A stretch of 64,000 nt of DNA. Source: Octopus vulgaris (lineage: Eukaryota). Shown here piece after piece: positions 52,561-64,000 of the stretch; position 1 is the first letter of the stretch, and every line of letters begins with the position of its first letter. The position numbers and the translations under genes are program-made. The stretch spans positions 13,144,001-13,208,000 of the forward strand of contig OX597821.1 of assembly GCA_951406725.2 (NCBI GenBank), written 5' to 3'. Under the pieces are notes generated by a model, which saw nothing but the letters and a program-made list of their open reading frames with translations, was not told where the DNA came from and did no database searches.

Positions 52561-53120
52561 GTGTGAGTCATAGTATCGTCAGTATGTGTGTAACAAGCAT
52601 CAGTGGAATTACAATGCAAGTGTTTGTAAACATTTCTCTTCTTTGCCATATTTATTTGCCGTATTGAATTTGCCGTGTTTGCCAAGGAGCGTATCGATCA
52701 AACTCGTACTTACCACAAATCTCAAACTTCGGTGGCATCCTGAAACAGTGTAATTAATTATTTGACGTTAATTATTCATGTCTGTGTCAGAGGATGAAGA
52801 GTGGAGTCCATGACTTTTTGCAGAGCTTCTGAAAATGGTGAGCGAGGGGGGGGGGGGAGGAAGAAGCACCATACTTAGAGACGTGGTGTGAGTTCTGCTC
52901 AACAGTGCGGAATCTGCTAAAAGACACAGCAAGAGCGAATATATTGAATTAAGGAAGGCGACATTAGTTGTTTGTTTGTATATGTGTGTATATGTGCAAA
53001 ACTACTCGCATTAAAAATTGTATAAGCATGTATGTATGTAGGTAAGTATGTATGTGTACATTATGATGATGATGATGATCATGATGATGATGATCATGAT
53101 CATGATCATCATTATTATTA

Positions 53121-53184
<64 letters not shown>

Positions 53185-53189
53185 TATTC

Positions 53190-53452
53190 AGTAGTTTTAT
53201 TTTTATAGCGTACTTTCACTTCACTACCGAGCGCAGCTCTGTGTGCCTTGGGTATGTGCTGTGATTTGTTGTGATGCTCTGATGGTTATTGTATCGAAAG
53301 TGTTCTGCGTAGGATGTGTGCAGTGCCCAATAGTGCAATTTTCTGTATGTTATATGTGTTTGTAAGTCCTGGTATTTTTGTTATGTATTTGTCTGAATAT
53401 TTTTTTATCATGCCTAATGCACCTATTATGATTGGAATTGTTTCTGTTTTTA
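53190..53452 (-). mobile_element. R4/Dong 3' end inserted in (TAA)n
   Basis: KTETIPIIIGALG...IQKIALLGTAHILRRTL; (ATT)n on both flanks. Confidence 0.9.
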
Positions 53453-53506
<54 letters not shown>

Positions 53507-53524
53507 CATTATTATTATTATTAA

Positions 53525-53730
53525 GGCGGTGAACTGGCAGAAATGGTAGCATGCCGCACAAAATGCTTAGCTGCATTTCGTCCGTCTTTACGTTTTGAGT
53601 TCAAATTCCACCGAAGTCTACTTTATCTTTCATCCTTTCGGGATTGATAAATTAAGTATCAGTGAAGCACCGGGGTTGACGTAATCCCTTACCCGAAACT
53701 GTCGACCGTATGCCAAAATTTGAAATTATT
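53525..53730 (+). mobile_element. SINE family C
   Basis: GGCGGTGAACTGGCAGAA...GAGTTCAAATTCC...CATCCTTTCGGGATTGATAA. Confidence 0.85.
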
Positions 53731-53739
53731 ATTATTCCT

Positions 53740-54650
53740 TCGTAACAGTGTAGGGTAAAATGCAACGGAGCTTTTAGTCATCTGTCAAGTCAGAACAAAG
53801 ACCTCAGACAAATAATACTTTCCTTTAAGATGTATGCTGTGTCCAATAAAGCTGCTTTTTGTAAGACATCAATCTTGCATGGGATTTCCAGTTGCCTGAA
53901 AAAGTTTGAAAGTTTGAATGGGATTGAGCCCAGCTCTCCGATCACCACTTTTACATTATCCTCTTGCATTCTATACAGTCACGCCATTTCCACTTTCAAT
54001 TCGGAGTACTTGGTGATTTTTTCAACCTCTTTACTCACAACTTTCATGTCATTTTGTATGGATACATCAATGATCTGACAGTATTTGTTTCTCTTATTCA
54101 ATGCGACAATATCCGGCCGACGGTTTTCGATTACACGATCTGTCTGAAAATCATAGTCCCAGAGTATCGTTACTTTTCCATCCTCCTGCATAACTTTAAT
54201 TGGTACATGTTCATACCATTTCTCGATAATTCATATTGGTATTTACAGCATAAGAGCCAATGAAAATACACACACGCTTTATCGTGGTGCCGCGTGTATT
54301 CTTTTTGTTCGAGGTTCTCACATCCACTTACCAAGTGGGTCATATTTTCCGCACTCTTTCCACAGAGTCTGCATTTCTGGGTGTCAGAAGTTTTACAGAT
54401 GTTATACTTCACTGAATTGGTAGCGAGAGCCTAGTCTTGTGCAGCAATGATGAGGCTTTCGGTGGTATGCTTCAAGTCACTTCGCTCAAGCAGCGCCTAC
54501 GATGCTGTATTATCCTTAACATCATGTGTACTCCTTTCAAACTGTCCGTACGTTCACATTTCAAGAAGGTTTTGTATTCTCTTACCTCAGCTCTTTGGTT
54601 AAACTCCTCCTTGCCAATCATTTCATCTGCATTTACACCCATGTCTATCG
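53740..54650 (-). mobile_element. R4/Dong C-terminal zinc knuckle + REL endonuclease, decayed
   Basis: CRLCGKSAENMTHLVSGC, RHHD, WDYDFQTD..RRPDIV..IIDVS..KEVEKITKY. Confidence 0.92.
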
Positions 54651-54673
54651 CGGTATATTATTATTATTATTAT

Positions 54674-54715
<42 letters not shown>

Positions 54716-54724
54716 CGTTATCAT

Positions 54725-54992
54725 TTTAGTAGTCTTATTTTTATCCCGTGCTTTTACTGCACTACCGAGCGCATATTTGTGTGCGTTGGGTATGTGCTGT
54801 GGTTTGTTGTAGTGCTCATATTTTCATTGTATTGAAAGCGTTTTACGTAGGATATGCGCGGTGGTGTAGCAGTGCTATTTTCTTTATGACCTGGTGCTTT
54901 TTTTATTATGTATTTGTCTGAAATGTTTTTAATCATATCTAATGTGCCTACTATGATAGGAACTGTTTCTGTTTTTAGGCTCCACATTCGAG
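54725..54992 (-). mobile_element. R4/Dong 3' end, same family as 53190-53452
   Basis: MWSLKTETVPIIVG; shared 3' UTR CACTACCGAGCGCA. Confidence 0.85.
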
Positions 54993-55163
54993 TTATTATT
55001 ATTACTACTACTCATACTAATATTGTTAGTTTTTCTTCTTTCAGTTCTCTTCCCATTTCTTGTCGTGTACCTTCCCTACACCCAGGCCAGAAAAATAAAC
55101 GGTATATATTGATAGGCCACTAAATTAAACATACCTGTTTAATATACATATGTATGTATGTAC

Positions 55164-55472
<309 letters not shown>

Positions 55473-55960
55473 GCAAGTTTTTGTTAGTTAAAATATGTTT
55501 GTAACATGTTTCAACTACTACAAGGCAAATTCACAGTTGTTACCTTAGAAAAGATGTTTCTCTCATTGTAAAACGGTGTGACAGCACCCTATATATTCAG
55601 TATTGCCATCTGTCAGAATTCCCAGACATCGATGGTTCTAGCTCATTGATTTTATCAATGGGAAGTACCTAACAGAGGCAAATCCGAACAGATCTTATAA
55701 AGTGATAGCTTTATATAAAATACAGTGATCGTTGTTGACTGATTTGCACTGGTGGATTGCCAGATCGTGGAAATTACCGAAATATTAGCGCTAAGCAGTG
55801 TTTAGGTATGAGCAAAGTTGAGATTAGTTAAAATGTTTGTAATTTATTTAATTTACCTCTTAGCAGCTGAAACATGCTAAACTTTGCTTATGCCTAAATA
55901 CTACTCTTTTTGTTGATCTATCACGGAGCAGAAGATTTAATATATATTTGTGTGTGTGTG

Positions 55961-56163
55961 TGTAATATAATATGTGATAATTATTCGGCTGCCATAATGT
56001 GACTCCGAGTTTCGGATATCGGGGCGGAAATCTGCCCAGGCATCTATTCAGTTATCGGGGATTGCTGCGATAACTGAAGATACGCCGGAGCAGGTTTCCG
56101 CCCCGACGACCTCCGAAACTCGGAGTTTATTATGGCAACCGAATAATTGTCACATATATTACA
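55961..56163. repeat. Fold-back hairpin (about 96-bp imperfect arms)
   Basis: Arms 55961-56057 / 56068-56163. Confidence 0.92.
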
Positions 56164-56226
56164 GATAATTTCCTCTGTTTACATAATATCGAGGTCTCTT
56201 TCATTCTTTTTTGCCTAACCATAATT

Positions 56227-57109
<883 letters not shown>

Positions 57110-57181
57110 TTATTGTCTGACAGCGCCCCGCGTCAGGTTCGTTTCGATTTGTCGGTTCGTTCCATTTCTTGTCTCCATTCA

Positions 57182-57221
<40 letters not shown>

Positions 57222-57733
57222 CTGGGGATTTCATTTGACTAAAAATTTCTTGCATGGCCACAGTCTAATGGCTGAAACACATAAAAGATACATGCATATA
57301 TGTATGTTTGTATGTATGTATGTATGTATGTATGTACCGATACCGTACTTCTATATTCTTCCAAGCCGCTGGTTTCTTTTATTCTCTTTGACAAAGGATG
57401 TAACCCAGTAACCCGAGACATTAGATACTTTCCAATTCCTTTAATATTTGATATGTCTATTTTCATTGCGCATCTTTTATTCCAATTGTTTCATTTCATA
57501 TTTCTCGCTGGCTTTTGTATATGTGTTTTATTAATCTGCCTTTATATGTATTATTTCTTTGACTCTTCTGCGATTTACTGGTGTACTTTCTGTTTTCTAT
57601 CTAACTGCCTACCCGTGTATCTATCATTTAGTATGTTCGTCCGCTTGTCTGCTTGACCTTCTCTCCCTCTCTCTCTCTCTCTCTCTCTCCCTCTCTCCCT
57701 CTCTTTGTATACATATTTACACACACATATGGG

Positions 57734-57767
<34 letters not shown>

Positions 57768-57976
57768 TATACACATATATTTATGTATATAGCATATATA
57801 TATATATACATTATATATATATATGTACATATATATATATATACATTATATATATATATGTACATATATATATAATATATAAAGATATATACCTATACGT
57901 ATATATACATATACTTATATGCATATATATACATATATTTATATATATGCATATATATATACATACATATATGCAT

Positions 57977-58049
<73 letters not shown>

Positions 58050-58881
58050 AGTATATATATAATTATATATATATCCAAGCACGCACATATATAAATACAT
58101 ACATACATACGTGCATATGCATGTAGATATGTATACAAACTAATGAATATCACAACCTATAGATACGTATGATTTCGCCTGTAATGAAGCCGTTATTATT
58201 ATAATGACTATCTTTCAATTGAAGAAAAAGTTGCTTTGAATAAATATCAATTTGGGCAATGAAGAATGTACACTTCAACTGGGAAATTTCCTACGCTTTA
58301 CAATACTTTTAATGTCATATTACGTTACCATTATGTATTAAACTAATTATATCTAATGGGCTCGAACCTAGAATCGTTACAATTTAATGTCTAGTCATTC
58401 ATGCAGACTAATTTAAATTCTTCCCTTGCTAAACATTAGGAACTAATACATATTTCACATTAGTTTCTTCCTCGTGTCTAAACAAGCATCACCCTGTATT
58501 ATGTGGGAAGGGGAATATGAGAAGCCGTAAATGTGCAAAACATCATCTTGGGTGTTAGCTGTGTAAGTGAATATACAGGCGTATACAATGTGTGCAGTAC
58601 ATATGCATGGTAAAACCATAATACAATAGGCTAAAACAAATAAGGTTCCTCACACATACACACGAACTCACATACACACTAGCACACATACACACGCATA
58701 TAAATATACTTGATTGTAATCTTATGTACATCTATATATATATATGTATATATGTATATATGTATATGTATATATATGTATATATATATATGTGTGTATA
58801 TATATGTATATATATATATATGTGTATATATATGTATATATATATATATGTATATATTTATATATATAATATATGTGTATA

Positions 58882-58978
<97 letters not shown>

Positions 58979-59631
58979 TATATGTTGAGCTTTACGAAGT
59001 GGATATCTGTATCACTTATTTCTTCATTATATAGATATACATACATAGACATATACAAACACACATATAATTATGTATGCATGAACATTTATAGGTCGAC
59101 ATCTGTATCTAGAACTATTTTTATCTCTCTAGCCATCTTCTTATCTATGTACCTATCTACTTATATACACACATACATATTTATCTATGTTTCTGCTTAT
59201 CTGTCTATCTACCTATCTAGCTTGCTATCTAACTATCTACCTAGCTACCTAGCTACCTAGCTACATACGTACATACATACATACATACATACATACATAC
59301 ATACATACATACATACATACATACATACATGCGTATGTACAAGCCATGAAGAATGCTAATAAATTAATTGAAATTTCTCGCCTTTCTACCTCAAATATGA
59401 AGCACTAACGTTACCTTTAAATTACCGTGCAGCTATCGCACACGAGTATTTCGAAGTTGTCTCCCTGCCTTTTATTTTATTTTTTATCGGAATTAATCAT
59501 TTTGATAATGATTGATATCATTACAAAATATATACATTTAAATAATTAAAATCCCCAACCTAACGACCTAACGTACGCTACAATATACATAAATATATTC
59601 ACACATACGATGCAAACATTCACACACTCAC

Positions 59632-59738
<107 letters not shown>

Positions 59739-60149
59739 AACTACATACGCACACATATATACGTAATAACATACCTACATGCATGTGCTCATGTTTACAC
59801 GTGGTTATTGTTTCCAGGCTATAACTTTAGGTTTACGTATATCTAGAATCGTAATTTATATTGGATACGTAATTTACTGCCGCAGCACCAGTCTTGTGAG
59901 GTTGCACCTTACAAAGCAGGAAGATCAAGTACAATTTGGTAAATTACAGGTACAATCTATTATGGGCATTGTGAAAATATTTAAAACATTCCAGAAATTT
60001 CGCATATAAATGTAAAGACTCATGTATAGGCATACACATTTTTTATGTACAGGAATAAAAATGCCGACTACTACACATGGAAGGATATTTGTGTCCAAAT
60101 GTAGAGCCTCCGCCATGTAGTCAAAGTTCAACATGTTTAAATGCCTTAT

Positions 60150-60915
60150 AACTAGAAAGCTCTGTAGTATTTTTTTACACTTGTTTCTATTCTAATATCT
60201 CTTTGAACAAATGAAGTTTGTGGTACATCTTTCCACTACAATCTTTTCTTTGAACACGCAAGATTTGTACGACATATATGAACTAGTATGCTCTTCGAAC
60301 TTGAAAGATTTGCAGTATTTATTTGAATTTGTAAGTGTTGTAGTACTTTTTTGAATTGGTAACTTTTGTTGTATCTCTTTCTACTAATATACTATATAGT
60401 ACTAATGCTAATTTGTATCGTCTCATTGTATTAGTAATCTCTGTGGTACATCTTTGCACCAGTATGATCCATGGTACTTTTTCGAACAAATAAATTTTGA
60501 AGTACATCTTCGAATTAATTATAGTTGTATCTCTTTGAACTACTAAGCTCTGTAGTACCTATTTGAACTAGAAATGTTTGCCAAATCACTTTACACTAGT
60601 ATACCCTGCAGTACTTTGAACAGGTATATGCTGTGGTACGTCTTTAAACTTTGAGGTTTTGTAGTACCTCATTGAATTAGTAAAAACTGTAGTATCTCCT
60701 TGAACAAATAAAATTTGTGGTACTTCTTTAAACTAGTAAACGCTATATGGTACCTGTTTTAACTTGAACGTGTTGTGGTACTTCATAAAACCAGTACGTT
60801 TTATGGTATCTTTTAGCACTAATATACACTATAGTACCTCATTGAACGAATGTGATTTGCATTATCTCTTTAAACTACTAATCTCTGTGGTACCTCTTTG
60901 AACGAGTAGAATCCG
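60150..60915. repeat. Degenerate 28-bp minisatellite, about 27 units
   Basis: Units such as TGTAGTACCTCATTGAATTAGTAAAAAC, TGTAGTATCTCCTTGAACAAATAAAATT, TGTGGTACCTCTTTGAACGAGTAGAATC. Confidence 0.88.
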
Positions 60916-61712
60916 TGATTTTGCAGTACATAGATTCAAGTATTTCTTTGAATCAGCGTGATTCGTAATATCTCAGTCCAAGTAACCTACAACGCATTCT
61001 TCCACATACCTCTTCTGTCACATCATGCATACCATATTCCACACACAGCACATCAAGCACTTACAAGCTTACTTTCCCGAATCTGTTGATTTTTAAGATT
61101 CTCTTTCATTTTAAAAAAGATTTCGTCACCCCTGAACCTAACCAACTTTCATCAAAACTCCCCCTACCGGAAGGGAATGCAGAGCTCATTGATTTCCCTG
61201 TTCCGGTTGACAATATGTAACATTTAAAACAACAGTTGAAGATGCAAGCGTGAGTATCGTCTGGCGGCGTAACTGCATACCATTGCTTCAAACTGCTGAG
61301 AATTTCCACCAATATTTTATCAGTTTAAATAAATGTTTCCCAGTTTAAATATGTTATATAAATGCCTGCAAAATAACGGTAAATCATTGTTCGCTTCTAT
61401 TTATTTGTAAAGTTATTTTCATGTACATACATAATACACACATGCTCACACATATCTATACACACGGATGAGAGAGTTAGTGTGGTACCTTTGTAAATAT
61501 GTGTATATTATATATAAGGACATATATATACATGCATATACATATATGCATATACATGTGTATATATACATATATAAACATATCATGCATATTATAAATA
61601 TACATAACTATGTGTGTGTGTATCCTCATTTCTCTTCTCAATCTCTCTCTCACTATATATATATATAATGTAACACATATACATACATATACATATATAT
61701 ACACCCCACACC

Positions 61713-61775
<63 letters not shown>

Positions 61776-62921
61776 CACATAGATTTTTGCCTCGCTTCGT
61801 CGATAAAGAATCATAAAAGTGCCAAAATATAATATAATATTTGGTTTATCTTCAGCGCGATTTCTCTGGTCTTGGAGAAGGTGAGGAATGGTAACATGAG
61901 AACTATGTACTATACTTTTTGGCAGTAATCAGCTGTCTTTACGTTCTAATTTCCAAATTATATCTCAATGGACGTTATACAATCTCATGTAAATAGCATT
62001 TAATTATAATGGCATTAAATGGCAGAGTAAACAGAATGGAAAACGAGAGGATGAATGTTGGTATAACAAAAAGTCTTGTGGAGAAAGGAGAAAACATAGA
62101 AACATAGAGCGAGAAGAGAGAAAGCATTTAAAATTTTGAAGGTAGAGAGAGGGGAATCAAATGGAGAACGGAAATGTGTATACACGTATGTAGGTACGGT
62201 AGAGTGTATTTGTGTATGAAGATGAGAGACCGATCAGATTCATATGTAAGCGGTGTAAAGAATTTATGGGAAAGACATATAGGGAGCAAAGAAGAATAAG
62301 AATAGAAAGAATAAAGAAAATAAAATGAAGGGAAGAATAAATTTTAAGATATTAAATTGAAGCTGTATTGATAATGTCGTCAACAACACCAAGATTCAGC
62401 TTAGCTTTCAAAAGTCTAGTTATTTACTATTTGTTTTGTTATTGTTGTTGTTGTTGTCGATGATGATGATGATGATGATGATGGAGACGGTGTTGTTGTT
62501 GTTGGTGGTGGTGTTGTTGTTGTTGTTGGTGTTGTTGTTGGTGGTGGTAGTGGTGGTGGTGGTGGTGGTGAGTATTGGTGCAGATGCGGTCGGCGTGTTT
62601 TCTTATTTTGTTCTTTGTGTTTTAGTAGTGAAAGACTTAAGAAAATCAAATTCAAATTTGATAGTTTCTTGCTTGAATGTAATTTTAATATCAAGAATAT
62701 ATCAGTTACGGTCATTAGCTTAGATATTGACTGGCTGATGAAGTTATAAGAACGTGGAAGATTGTAGAATGGTAGACGTATGTGGGTAGGGGGGTAAAGA
62801 AGACGAAGGTTATAGAAAAATTTAAGAACCTTCAGTGATTTGTCTGAATTCTTATAGAACATCATAAATAAGGTAATATTTATATAAGGACAGTACCCCC
62901 ATCTACAGTAATATACATACT

Positions 62922-62983
<62 letters not shown>

Positions 62984-62990
62984 AACACAT

Positions 62991-63053
<63 letters not shown>

Positions 63054-63094
63054 TATATATACATATATATATGTTTGTATGTATATATTTGTGC

Positions 63095-63126
<32 letters not shown>

Positions 63127-63220
63127 CACACAGACACACACACACACATATATATATATATATGTAAATATATATGTATACACACACACACACACACACG
63201 CACGCACATATATCGTCGTG

Positions 63221-63562
63221 GCACTCCGTCAGATACGACGACGAGGGTTCCAGTTGATCTAATCAACGGAACAGCTTGTTCGTGAAATTAACTTGCAAGT
63301 GGCTGAGCACTCCACAGACACGTGCACCCTTAAAGTAGTTCTCGAAGAGATTCAGTGTGACATAAAGTGTGACAAAGCTGGTCTTTTGAAATACAGGTAC
63401 AACAGAAACAGGAAGAAAGAGTGAGAGAAATTGGTGAAAGAGTACATCAGGGTCCGCCACCACTCACTGCCGGAACATCGTGGAGTTCTAGGTATTTTCG
63501 CTCAATAAACACTTACAAAGCTCGGTCTGGGAATCGAAACCGCGATCTTGCGACCGCGATTC
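63221..63562 (-). mobile_element. SINE family B, degenerate
   Basis: Colinear with 37550-37890. Confidence 0.9.
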
Positions 63563-63589
63563 CACCCACACATACATAATTAATATTCG

Positions 63590-63910
63590 TAGCCACTTTA
63601 ACATAGCTGTCCGTTTGATTAGTCTCTACTGCGATTTTTTAACCCCAAAAGGTCATCTCCTCTAGCTGGTTAACGACGCACAGCTACAACCGATAAAATT
63701 GCAGGCAGGGGAGCAAAACCCTACCCTCTCCCAGCGATGGGACCATTAGACTAGTCCTGAATTCGGGCTATTTCTGCCACAGCTCATTACTGGACACCTT
63801 ATCTGCTAGAGATGACAGCAGCTTGGTTCTGTGCGAGATATATATATATATATTCCATATATAAACACACAGTCGCTGATTTTGCAACAAGCAAAAATGC
63901 TAGCTTGTAT
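63590..63910 (-). mobile_element. Non-coding HHR-bearing repeat, copy 2
   Basis: Colinear with 18378-18700; decayed HHR at 63743-63794. Confidence 0.8.
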
Positions 63911-64000
63911 ATATATATATATATGCTCTTATATATATGTATGCTCTTATATATATATATATTTGTAAGAATTCTGATAATTTTTGAGCATTTCCTTATT

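Noticed and set aside
60150-60915. CRISPR array
   Set aside because: The variable part is only about 10 nt, repeats are degenerate, the context is eukaryotic, and no cas genes are present.
61000-61330. Minus-strand GIY-YIG remnant (YIGG..Q..KQWY)
   Set aside because: Too decayed to call.

Overview
Repeat-saturated, AT-rich eukaryotic DNA with no supportable host protein-coding exon. The SINE families and the (TA)n/(AAT)n/(CA)n load suggest an octopod cephalopod intron or intergenic region (inference). Most of the ORF track is microsatellite translation. Real content: (i) three tRNA-head SINE families in many copies; (ii) decayed LINEs (R4/Dong-type with REL endonuclease, CR1-like, one clean RTE 3' end); (iii) Penelope-like elements (PLEs; RT + GIY-YIG) and fragments; (iv) Tc1/mariner fragments, a Helitron-like element and an 844-bp foldback MITE with internal telomeric repeats and an 8-bp TSD; (v) a degenerate 28-bp minisatellite. 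The most striking signal is about a dozen minimal type-I hammerhead ribozyme (HHR) motifs from several unrelated families, linked to PLE tails, long fold-back hairpins and (TA)n targets. Two stand out: a non-coding 525-nt unit whose 5' end falls exactly at its own predicted cleavage site (32936-33648), and a tRNA/Pol III-head + (AAT)n + HHR unit in four copies whose head sequence also follows a PLE ORF. All motifs were read by eye; no folding or database search was run.
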